Assembly (NCBI GenBank): GCA_020349685.1
Contig: CP070698.1
Span: forward strand, 1,953,734-1,970,718
Length of the DNA: 16,985 bases
Reading direction: 5' to 3'
Origin: a bacterium
Lineage (GTDB): Bacteria; BMS3Abin14
The notes under the pieces were generated by a model. That model searched no databases, was not told the origin of the DNA, and saw nothing but the letters and a program-made list of their open reading frames with translations. The first letter of the stretch is position 1. Each line of letters starts with the position of its first letter. A program made the translations under genes and the position numbers. Positions 8,608-16,751 of the stretch are shown here, in pieces.

Positions 8608-9984
8608 TTGGTCAAACTGAGAAAGACAAGGCACATCCATTTCGTCGGCATCGGCGGCATCGGAATGTCCGGGATCGCAGAAGTTCTGGCGAACCTCGGT
8701 TACGAGGTGTCCGGCTCGGACCTGGTCCAGAGTGAGACAACAAAACGCCTCGTGCACCTGGGGTGCAAGGTGGCCGTCGGTCACGCCGGCAAGAACGTGG
8801 GGGAGGCCGATGTCGTGGTCACCTCATCGGCTGTAAAGCAGGACAACCCGGAGGTTACGGCTGCCAGGCAGGCGGGGATACCTGTCATACCCCGTGCGAC
8901 GATGCTCAACGAACTCATGCGGATGAAATACGGGATCGCAATCGCCGGGTCCCACGGCAAGACAACGACGACCTCCATGGTCGCGACCATCATGGGGGAG
9001 GCCGGCCTGGATCCAACGGTGGTCATCGGCGGGAAACTGGGCATCCTCGGAACCAATGCGCGCCTGGGTGAAGGGGATTTTCTTGTGGCCGAGGCCGACG
9101 AGAGCGACGGTTCCTTCCTGCAGCTGACACCCACCATCGCGGTCGTCACCAACATCGACAACGAACACATGGACCACTACGGTGATTTCAAGGAGCTCAG
9201 AGCCGCCTTCCGGCGCTTCCTCGACAAGGTGCCCTTTTACGGGCGCGCCGTCCTTTGCGTGGATGATACCGAGGTGGCCGGGATGCTCGCTGAGGTGGAA
9301 AGGCCCGTGATTGCTTACGGGCTGACGGCCCAGGCGGATGTCAAAGCGACGGACATCATCCATGAGGGGTTCACATCCCTCTACACGGCGTTCCTGGGTG
9401 CCGATGAACTGGGTCAGGTTCGCCTGCCGGTGCCGGGCCTGCACAACGTCTACAATTCTCTGGCGGCCATCGCTGTGGGACTGGAACTGGAAGTGCCTTT
9501 CGACGTTATCGCGGGAGCCCTGGCCGCCTACTCCGGCACCCAGAGACGATTCCAGAAAAAAGGGGAAGCCCGGGGTGTGGAGGTCTACGACGACTATGCC
9601 CACCACCCCGCTGAGATCAGCGCCACCCTCAGTGCCGCGCGACACGGCTGGAAGGGCCGCGTCGTGGCACTTTTCCAGCCTCACAGGTTCAGCCGCACGC
9701 AGGATCTCCTGCAGGAGTTCGGCATGGCTTTTCACAACGCCGACAGGGTCCTTGTTTGCGACATCTATTCCGCTGGAGAAGACCCCATTCCGGGCCTGAG
9801 CGGGAAGGACGTCGCCAGGTCCATCACCAATCACGGCCACAGGAGCGTCGAGTACATCGGCGGATGGGATGTCGCTGTTCAAAGAGCAGCAAAGGAACTG
9901 AAGGCCGGCGACCTTCTGCTGACCCTGGGAGCAGGGGATATCTGGAAAGCCGGAGAACAGATCCTTGAAAGGCTTGGAAAATGA
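8608..9984 (+). CDS. murC: UDP-N-acetylmuramate:L-alanine ligase
   Basis: Motifs HFVGIGGIGMSGIA, VSGSD, AGSHGKTTTTS, EADESDGSF, DDYAHHP and FQPHRFSRT. TTG start follows GGGGAG at 8595-8600. Confidence 0.97.
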   Translation: MVKLRKTRHIHFVGIGGIGMSGIAEVLANLGYEVSGSDLVQSETTKRLVHLGCKVAVGHAGKNVGEADVVVTSSAVKQDNPEVTAARQAGIPVIPRATMLNELMRMKYGIAIAGSHGKTTTTSMVATIMGEAGLDPTVVIGGKLGILGTNARLGEGDFLVAEADESDGSFLQLTPTIAVVTNIDNEHMDHYGDFKELRAAFRRFLDKVPFYGRAVLCVDDTEVAGMLAEVERPVIAYGLTAQADVKATDIIHEGFTSLYTAFLGADELGQVRLPVPGLHNVYNSLAAIAVGLELEVPFDVIAGALAAYSGTQRRFQKKGEARGVEVYDDYAHHPAEISATLSAARHGWKGRVVALFQPHRFSRTQDLLQEFGMAFHNADRVLVCDIYSAGEDPIPGLSGKDVARSITNHGHRSVEYIGGWDVAVQRAAKELKAGDLLLTLGAGDIWKAGEQILERLGK

Positions 9985-10889
9985 TGACTGGTTCCCTGAC
10001 CGGAAAGATAAGGGAAAAGGGCTTTAAGGGTGAGCTCAGGGAAGATGAGCCCCTCCACCGGCACCTTTCCCTCAGGGTAGGCGGCCCCACAGCCCTTTTC
10101 GCGGTGCCCGACAACGTTCAGGATGTTCTTGCCCTTCTGGGCTGTCTCGAGGAGGAGGGGATACCGTGGGTCGTGATGGGCGGGGGTACAAACCTCGTCT
10201 TTGGCAATGGAGGGTACCGCGGATGTGTTCTGAGGCTTGGCGGCGAATTCACCCGCGTACAACGGGAGGATGACCTGACGCTTGTGGCGGGCGCGGCGGT
10301 ATCTCTCGCCGCTCTCGTGAACAGCTCGGCCGAGAAGGGTCTTTCGGGAATGGAGTGTCTCACCGGGATACCGGGGACAGTCGGCGGCGCTGTTCTCATG
10401 AACGCCGGAACAAGCAGCGGTGAGATCGCGAATGTCATCGACGAGGTTCTGCTTTTTGACGGCAGGGAATCACGATGGGTCCAGGGGAGTGAAATGGGCT
10501 TTTCCTACCGCTCGTCGCAGCTCCCCGAAGGTCATATCATCCTCGCGGCGAAGTTCCGGTTGACACCTTCCACCCGGGAGGAGGTGCGTTCGAGGATGAA
10601 AACCGTGGCCGCCAGGAGGAAGGAGAGCCAGCCGGCAGGGATACCCAGCGCGGGCTGCTGGTTCCGCAACCCCGAAGGTGACAGCGCGGGGAGGCTCATC
10701 GACGAAGCGGGGATGAAAGGGGAGCGGTGCGGCGGCGCCCAGGTTTCGGAGGTCCATGCCAACGTCCTCGTGAACGTGGGCGGAGCCACGGCCTCGGATT
10801 TTCTGACCCTCGCGCGCAAGGTCAAGGAAACGGTTCACAGACATTACGGTGTGGTGCTTCAGGAGGAGGTCAGGATTATCGATGGATAG
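9981..10889 (+). CDS. murB: UDP-N-acetylenolpyruvylglucosamine reductase (short, type II)
   Basis: Motifs RVGGP, GGGTNL, GIPGTVGGAVLMNAG, FSYRSS, QP..PSAGCWFRNP, HAN and the terminal EVR. Length is 302 aa. Confidence 0.95.
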   Translation: MMTGSLTGKIREKGFKGELREDEPLHRHLSLRVGGPTALFAVPDNVQDVLALLGCLEEEGIPWVVMGGGTNLVFGNGGYRGCVLRLGGEFTRVQREDDLTLVAGAAVSLAALVNSSAEKGLSGMECLTGIPGTVGGAVLMNAGTSSGEIANVIDEVLLFDGRESRWVQGSEMGFSYRSSQLPEGHIILAAKFRLTPSTREEVRSRMKTVAARRKESQPAGIPSAGCWFRNPEGDSAGRLIDEAGMKGERCGGAQVSEVHANVLVNVGGATASDFLTLARKVKETVHRHYGVVLQEEVRIIDG

Positions 10890-11820
10890 CTCGAGTCCGC
10901 GCAAGCCCGAAACAATGAAGGCCAAAAGGGTGGGAGTCCTGATGGGCGGCATTTCCGCCGAACGTGAAGTCTCCCTGACCACCGGCAAAGCCATTCTGGC
11001 GGCCCTTCTCGAGGGGGGAATCGATGCCGTGGGCATCGACACGCAGGGACCCTGGGTGGAGGAACTGCACCGGGAGAGAGTAGAAACGGCGTTCATCGCC
11101 CTTCACGGAAGGGGCGGTGAGGACGGGACGATCCAGGGAGCCCTCGAGCTCATGGGTGTGCCCTATACCGGCCCCGGTGTCCTGGCATCGGCCCTGGCGA
11201 TGGACAAGATCATGACCAAACGGGTCCTCATCTCCCAGGGCATCCCCACCCCGGCATACGCTGAGCTGGGGCCTGGGAGCTACGACGCGCCCCTGAATAT
11301 GGGTCTGCCCGTCGTTGTCAAGCCGAACCGTGAGGGATCGACCATAGGTATCTCGGTAGTGAGGGATGAAGGTGAACTGGGCGCAGCGATAAGCCTCGCC
11401 GCTTCCCATGATCAGAACGTCCTGATTGAGGAGTTCGTTGAAGGAGACGATCTCACGGTGGGTGTGCTCAATGACCGGCCTCTGGCTGTGGTTCAGATCG
11501 TCACCAAGACGGGGTTCTATGATTACGAGACGAAATACATCACCGGAGCCGAGGAATACCGTGTCCCCGCTCCCATCGGCGACAAGGCCACGAGGAAGGT
11601 TAAGGAATCCGCCCTCGCAGCGGCCAGGGCCCTGAGGTGCTGCGGGGCCGTGAGAGTTGATTTCAGGGGGGCGGGCGATCGGTTCGAGGTGATCGAGGTC
11701 AATACCATACCGGGAATGACCCCCAACAGCCTGCTGCCCAAATCGGCTGCCGGCGTGGGGATCGGTTTTGTCGAGCTCGTCCTCCAGATGCTCCAATCGG
11801 CCGGAGAGGGAAGCCGGTGA
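10882..11820 (+). CDS. ddl: D-alanine--D-alanine ligase
   Basis: Motifs GGISAEREVSL, LHGRGGEDG, PYTG, MDK, KP..EGST.G, FYDYETKY (omega-loop Tyr, typical of D-Ala-D-Ala ligases) and EVNTIPGMT. Start is likely ATG 10882 (alternative 10915). Confidence 0.95.
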   Translation: MDSSSPRKPETMKAKRVGVLMGGISAEREVSLTTGKAILAALLEGGIDAVGIDTQGPWVEELHRERVETAFIALHGRGGEDGTIQGALELMGVPYTGPGVLASALAMDKIMTKRVLISQGIPTPAYAELGPGSYDAPLNMGLPVVVKPNREGSTIGISVVRDEGELGAAISLAASHDQNVLIEEFVEGDDLTVGVLNDRPLAVVQIVTKTGFYDYETKYITGAEEYRVPAPIGDKATRKVKESALAAARALRCCGAVRVDFRGAGDRFEVIEVNTIPGMTPNSLLPKSAAGVGIGFVELVLQMLQSAGEGSR

Positions 11821-12689
11821 GATCAAAAGCGGCAAAAAAGGCTCCAAGACCGCGCAAACCGGCCAAACGGGTATCAGCGGTCAGGAAGAAGCGGTCGGGA
11901 GCCTCCGTCCGATTCGTGCTGCGCAGGACCTGGTGGATCCTCAGGGGAGCCGCGGCCGGGACGCTGGTCCTCGGCCTGCTCTACGGAGCCTACCTGGGTT
12001 TTGAAAAGGCTGCTCAGCTCGAGTCCCTGTCGGTGAAGTTTGTCGAGGTGGAAGGGTGCCGTGACGTAACGCCCCAGAGCATAGAACGACTGGCGGGCGT
12101 GGGGAAAGGAGATCCCCTGCTGAAGATCGATCTGAAAGAGGTTCGCCGAAAGGTGGTCTCGCACCCCTCGGTCAGCGACGCCACGGTGGTGCGGGAACTC
12201 CCGGACACATTGAGGATCTCGGTTAAGGAGAGGGTCCCTGCGGCCGTCGTCCTGGGCAGACGGTTCGTCCTGGTCGATGGCGAAGGGGTTGCTATGGCGG
12301 TCCTCGACTCCTACCCGGAGGGTTACCCGGTCATCACGGGCGTTTCTGACCCGGTGGAGCCCGGGTGGGTGGTAGCCGGGGCAAAGCCGGCCCTGGAGAT
12401 TCTCCAGAGCATTTCCCGGTCCGGCCTCCTCGGTCCTGAAAAGATATCCGAGCTGGGAGTGGAGGGAAAACTGGTCCGGGTCTCTCTCATGGGGAGCGGT
12501 ACGGTCCTCGTAATGGAGCAGGGGGCGACGGCTGGTCAGGTTGAGAGGCTGGCCCGTCTCATGGAATCCGGGTTTTTTGATAACCGCTTGCCGGGATACG
12601 ACCTTCGCTTCGAGGGGCGTGTCATCGGGATGCCGGAAAGGAAATTCGATACGCCCGGGGAAAGCGGTATTTCCCACGCGGGAGGATAG
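11817..12689 (+). CDS. ftsQ: Cell division protein FtsQ/DivIB
   Basis: Basic N-terminus, one TM helix, a POTRA-like segment (VEVEG...HPSVSDATVVRELPDTLRISVKER) and a C-terminal DLRF motif. Lies between ddl and ftsA. Confidence 0.88.
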   Translation: MRSKAAKKAPRPRKPAKRVSAVRKKRSGASVRFVLRRTWWILRGAAAGTLVLGLLYGAYLGFEKAAQLESLSVKFVEVEGCRDVTPQSIERLAGVGKGDPLLKIDLKEVRRKVVSHPSVSDATVVRELPDTLRISVKERVPAAVVLGRRFVLVDGEGVAMAVLDSYPEGYPVITGVSDPVEPGWVVAGAKPALEILQSISRSGLLGPEKISELGVEGKLVRVSLMGSGTVLVMEQGATAGQVERLARLMESGFFDNRLPGYDLRFEGRVIGMPERKFDTPGESGISHAGG

Positions 12690-12693
12690 ACAC

Positions 12694-13926
12694 ATGGCCA
12701 AGGGCAAGGAGAGGATAGTTGTCGGACTGGACATAGGAACGACAAAGATATGCGCGGTCGTGGCCGCCGTGGATAACGGCGGCAAGTGCGAGATCATCGG
12801 TATCGGGACCACGCCTTCCAAAGGTCTCCGCAAGGGTGTGGTCATCAATATCGACTACACGGTGGATTCCATAAAGAAGGCGATCGAGGAGGCCGAACTC
12901 ATGGCGGGGACTCCCATACAGGGGGTCTATGCCGGCATCGCCGGCGGTCACATCAAGGGTTTCAACAGCCATGGCGTTGTGGCTGTAAAGAACAAGGAGG
13001 TCTCCAAGAAGGATATCGAGAGGGTTATCGATGCCGCCCAGGCGGTAGCCATGCCACTTGATCGCGAGGTGATCCACATCCTTCCCCAGGAGTACATCGT
13101 GGATGACCAGGACGGTATAAGGGATCCCCTCGGCATGTCGGGGGTCCGGCTCGAGGCCCGCGTCCACATCGTCACGGGAGCCGTCACCTCGGCCCAGAAT
13201 ATCATCAAGTGCTGCCATCGTGCCGGGCTGGATGTTCTGGATATCGTCTTAGAGCCCCTGGCAGCGGCCGATGCCGTGCTCACGGAGGAGGAGAAGGAAC
13301 TGGGTGTGGCCCTGGTGGACATTGGTGGAGGGACCACCGATGTCGCCATACTGGGAAACGGGAGCATCAAGCATACTGCCGTCCTTGCCCTGGGGGGCGT
13401 AAACCTGACAAACGACATCGCCTACGGCCTCAGGACGCCTGCGACAGAAGCGGAAAAGATCAAGAAAAAACACGGGTGCGCCCTCACGGATCTCGTGGGA
13501 GACGAAGAGGAGGTGGAGGTTCTCTCCGTCGGTGGACACAAACCAAGGACCGTGTCGCGTCTGTCCCTTGCTGAGATCATCGAGCCCAGGGCCGAGGAGT
13601 TCTTCGACCTCATCAACAGGGAGATCCTGAAGTCGGGGTTCGACGACAGGATCGCCTCCGGCGTGGTCATTACCGGCGGCACCGTGATCATGCCCGGTAT
13701 GACCGAACTGGCCGAACAGGTCTTTAACCTGCCTGTCCGCCGCGGAACTCCCATGGATATAGGCGGCCTGGTGGATGTGGTCAACAGCCCCATGTACGCC
13801 ACGGCGGTGGGTCTGGTCAAATACGCCTCCACCCACGCCGGTGAGGGCGGGTTCGGAACCAACGAAACGGGGATCTTCGACAGGATCCTCCTGAAAATGA
13901 AAGGATGGTTGAAGGAGTTCTTCTAA
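12694..13926 (+). CDS. ftsA: Cell division protein FtsA
   Basis: Motifs GLDIGTTK, GLRKG, VDIGGGTT, AEKIK, GVVITGG and ATAVGL, plus the amphipathic C-terminal helix (KMKGWLKEFF). ATG 12694 follows GGAGG. Confidence 0.97.
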   Translation: MAKGKERIVVGLDIGTTKICAVVAAVDNGGKCEIIGIGTTPSKGLRKGVVINIDYTVDSIKKAIEEAELMAGTPIQGVYAGIAGGHIKGFNSHGVVAVKNKEVSKKDIERVIDAAQAVAMPLDREVIHILPQEYIVDDQDGIRDPLGMSGVRLEARVHIVTGAVTSAQNIIKCCHRAGLDVLDIVLEPLAAADAVLTEEEKELGVALVDIGGGTTDVAILGNGSIKHTAVLALGGVNLTNDIAYGLRTPATEAEKIKKKHGCALTDLVGDEEEVEVLSVGGHKPRTVSRLSLAEIIEPRAEEFFDLINREILKSGFDDRIASGVVITGGTVIMPGMTELAEQVFNLPVRRGTPMDIGGLVDVVNSPMYATAVGLVKYASTHAGEGGFGTNETGIFDRILLKMKGWLKEFF

Positions 13927-13929
13927 TCG

Positions 13930-14005
13930 ATCTCAAATCTCAAATCTCAAATCTCAAACAATGCACAGTGCATGATTCTGAGATCTGAGATCTGAGATCT
14001 GGGAT
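13930..14005. repeat. Inverted pair of tandem heptamer arrays (ATCTCAA)4 / (CTGAGAT)3CTGGGAT around palindrome ATGCAC-A-GTGCAT
   Basis: Read directly: left arm 13930-13957, core 13961-13973, right arm 13978-14005. The arms give 23 of 28 Watson-Crick pairs. Confidence 0.92.
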
Positions 14006-14009
14006 TTAA

Positions 14010-14031
14010 GCGGGCTATCCGGGATGCCCGC
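14010..14031. other. GC-rich inverted repeat just upstream of the ftsZ ribosome-binding site
   Basis: GCGGGC (14010-15) pairs with GCCCGC (14026-31), with an inner ATCC/GGAT pair. There is no U-tract. The RBS GGAGGTG is at 14037-14043. Confidence 0.55.
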
Positions 14032-14048
14032 CGTTGGGAGGTGAACTG

Positions 14049-15197
14049 ATGTTTACATTTGTTGAGGACAGCAGAGACCTCAAGGCCAGGATAAAGGTCA
14101 TTGGGGTAGGGGGTGGCGGTGGGAACGCCCTGAACACGATGATCCAGTCCCGCCTGAGGACTGTGGAGTTCATAGCGGCCAATACGGACGCCCAGGCTCT
14201 GAAGACCTCGCTAGCCGAAATGAAGATACAGCTCGGCGTCTCGGTGACCCATGGTCTCGGGGCAGGTGCCGACCCCGAAGTGGGTCGCAAGTCGGCTGAG
14301 GAGAGCCTGGATCTTATCAAGGAAAACCTCACAGGCACCGAGATGGTTTTCATAACGGCCGGAATGGGGGGAGGTACGGGAACCGGCGCCGCGCCGGTGG
14401 TGGCACGGTTGGCCAAGGAGTCAGGCGCCCTGACCGTGGGCGTGGTCACCAAGCCCTTTGATTTCGAGGGCCGCGTCAGAATGCGAAACGCCGATACGGG
14501 CCTTGAGGAGCTGCGCAAATGCGTGGATACGCTCATCGTCATCCCCAACGACAGGATATTCTCCGTTATCAAGCACGGGGCGAGGGCAAGCGATGCTTTT
14601 GAGATCGTCGATGATGTTCTTAACTGCGCCGTGAGGGGGATCAGCGATCTCATCACCAAACCGGGCCGGATCAACCTGGACTTCGCGGATGTCAAACGCA
14701 TCATGGAGGGAAAGGGGCGGGCCCTCATGGGGACAGGGATCGCCGATGGAGATGACCGGGCTGCGGAGGCGGCCCAGACCGCCATCTCGAGCCCCCTTCT
14801 CGAAGACAACAGCATCGACGGCGCCACCGGTGTGCTGATCAACATAACGGCCGGTTCCGATGTAGGCATCCAGGAGATCCAGCACGCCTCCTCCATAATA
14901 CGCAGCGCTGTCCACGATGAGGCCGAGATCATCTTCGGCTGGGTCGAGGACGACACTGTGGGCGATGATTTAATGGTCACCGTTATCGCCACAGGGTTCG
15001 GCCGCGAACACGGGCACAAGGCCCGCGATCTGGCCTTTTCCATGAGGGGCGACAAATCCAACGACACCGAGATCCCGGCCTACGTGAGAAAAAAAGAGTT
15101 GGAACAGCCCTCCGACAAGGTTAGGCGGCCCTCGGTGACCCTCATCGAAGAGGAGGAGTTCGAGGTTCCCGCTTTTCTAAGGCGTCAGGCGGATTGA
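14049..15197 (+). CDS. ftsZ: Cell division protein FtsZ
   Basis: Motifs IKVIGVGGGGGNA, NTDAQAL, GAGADP, GGGTGTG (tubulin signature), PFDFEG, NLDFAD (T7 loop) and the C-terminal EVPAFLRRQAD. ATG 14049 follows GGAGGTG. Confidence 0.98.
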   Translation: MFTFVEDSRDLKARIKVIGVGGGGGNALNTMIQSRLRTVEFIAANTDAQALKTSLAEMKIQLGVSVTHGLGAGADPEVGRKSAEESLDLIKENLTGTEMVFITAGMGGGTGTGAAPVVARLAKESGALTVGVVTKPFDFEGRVRMRNADTGLEELRKCVDTLIVIPNDRIFSVIKHGARASDAFEIVDDVLNCAVRGISDLITKPGRINLDFADVKRIMEGKGRALMGTGIADGDDRAAEAAQTAISSPLLEDNSIDGATGVLINITAGSDVGIQEIQHASSIIRSAVHDEAEIIFGWVEDDTVGDDLMVTVIATGFGREHGHKARDLAFSMRGDKSNDTEIPAYVRKKELEQPSDKVRRPSVTLIEEEEFEVPAFLRRQAD

Positions 15198-15203
15198 TCC
15201 CCT

Positions 15204-16751
15204 GTGCCTGCCAGGGCCGCTTCTACAGAGGCCTGGATCTCGCCGCACTCCCGGAGCGGCGGTCGCAAGGTGGCTGTGGTTTACCCGAACAATTATCGGG
15301 TGGGCATGTCAAACCTCGGTTACCAGACGATTCTCAGAGCCTTTCTGGAGGATCGGAGGTTTGATGCCAGAAGGGTCTTCTGGGACGGGACGTCCCTCAC
15401 TTTCCCGGATGGTGGACGGTCCCTTCAGGAGTTCGATGCCGTCGCCCTTTCCGTTTCCTATCAGCCGGACATGGTTCACCTCCCGCGGCTGCTGGAAACG
15501 GGAAGGGTCCTGGCGGCTTCCAAAACAGACCGGCCCCTCCTGATCGCGGGGGGTGTGGCCCTCACCATAAACCCTGAAACATGCGCCCCTGTTTTCGATG
15601 CGGTCTTCCTGGGTGATGCCGAGCCGGTCCTGCCCGGGCTCATGGATAACCTTGCCTCCAGCGCCGACAGGGAAGGCCTTCTCGACGGCATGGGGATGAT
15701 CGCTGGTGCCTATGTGCCGGGCAGGTACCAGGGCGAAGAGGCTCCGGGGAGTTCCTTTCTCCTTCCCCGTCCGGCAGCGGGCGGTCCCTTTACCGTCTCG
15801 CCAGCCCTTCTCGGAGATCTGAACAATAATCCTGCCCGTCCGGCCGTTATCAGCACCGGATCCGAATTCGGGAACCTGTATCCCCTGGAGGTATCGAGAG
15901 GCTGTGGGGCCGGATGCCTCTTCTGCGCCGCCGGGGCCGTGTGCGGCCCGGTGCGCTTTCTGGGAATGAAATCTTTTGAAAAGGAGGCGGAACGGGGACT
16001 GCATTACCGCAGGACCATCGGGCTGGTGGGAACAGCGGTGTCCTACCACCCTGAACTGGAAAGGATGGCAGGCCACCTTCTCGATCGTGGCGGCGGCTTT
16101 TCGCCCTCTTCCCTGAGGGTGGAAAGGATAACCCCTCAACTGGCCGAACTGCTGGTGCGATCCGGTCATCGTACAGTCTCCCTGGCCCCTGAGGCCGGAT
16201 CGGAGGACCTGAGAAGCGCCATCGGCAAGAGGATAACAGATGTTCAGTTCCTTCAGAAAACGGACATCCTCCTTAAGGCGGGTGTACCCAACCTGAAGCT
16301 CTACTTCATGGTGGGCCTCCCGGGAGAGAGGGAGAGTGATGTGGACGGCATCGTGGGACTTGTCCGAAAACTGAGGGAGAGGGTGATACACTGGGGCCGG
16401 CCCAGAGGTAAGGCGGGGACGATAACGGTGAGCGTCAACCCCTTCGTTCCAAAGCCGCGCACGGCTTTTGAGAGGGTTCCCATTGCCTCGGAAACCACCC
16501 TCGCCCAGCGCCTGAAAAAGGTACGTTCCGGCCTCGGCCCCCTGGGGGGAGTAAAGGTCCAGACCGGATCCGTCAGGGGAGCTTACCTGGACGCCCTCCT
16601 GTCCCTGGGGGACAGGTCGGTGGCCGATGTGCTGGACAAGCTGCCTCCCGGCGGTGTATCAATGAAACGTTTGGCGAAGGTTCTCCCCAAGGCGGAACAG
16701 ATCCTCTACGGACGCGATACGGGGGAGCTGCCGTGGGAGTTCATAAAATAG
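15204..16751 (+). CDS. Radical SAM protein with N-terminal B12-binding-like domain (resembles TIGR03960-type families), function unknown
   Basis: CxxxCxxC motif (EVSRGCGAGCLFC, Cys codons 15903-15926), N-terminal YPNNYRVGMSNLG, SSLR, LAPEAGSE.LR, KLYFMVGLPGE and SVNPFVPKP. The family assignment is from motif recognition only, and the GTG start is uncertain. Confidence 0.85.
   Translation: MPARAASTEAWISPHSRSGGRKVAVVYPNNYRVGMSNLGYQTILRAFLEDRRFDARRVFWDGTSLTFPDGGRSLQEFDAVALSVSYQPDMVHLPRLLETGRVLAASKTDRPLLIAGGVALTINPETCAPVFDAVFLGDAEPVLPGLMDNLASSADREGLLDGMGMIAGAYVPGRYQGEEAPGSSFLLPRPAAGGPFTVSPALLGDLNNNPARPAVISTGSEFGNLYPLEVSRGCGAGCLFCAAGAVCGPVRFLGMKSFEKEAERGLHYRRTIGLVGTAVSYHPELERMAGHLLDRGGGFSPSSLRVERITPQLAELLVRSGHRTVSLAPEAGSEDLRSAIGKRITDVQFLQKTDILLKAGVPNLKLYFMVGLPGERESDVDGIVGLVRKLRERVIHWGRPRGKAGTITVSVNPFVPKPRTAFERVPIASETTLAQRLKKVRSGLGPLGGVKVQTGSVRGAYLDALLSLGDRSVADVLDKLPPGGVSMKRLAKVLPKAEQILYGRDTGELPWEFIK

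Noticed and set aside
8563-8784. Minus-strand 73-aa ORF ending in the repeat (and the 60-aa ORF at 16659-16841) as possible cargo peptides
   Set aside because: Both overlap real genes in antisense, and their repeat-derived residues are low complexity. Nothing supports translation.
11515-11538. Possible D-Ala-D-Lac (vancomycin-resistance type) ligase
   Set aside because: The omega loop reads FYDYETKY with Tyr retained, and the gene sits at the normal dcw position. This is a standard Ddl.
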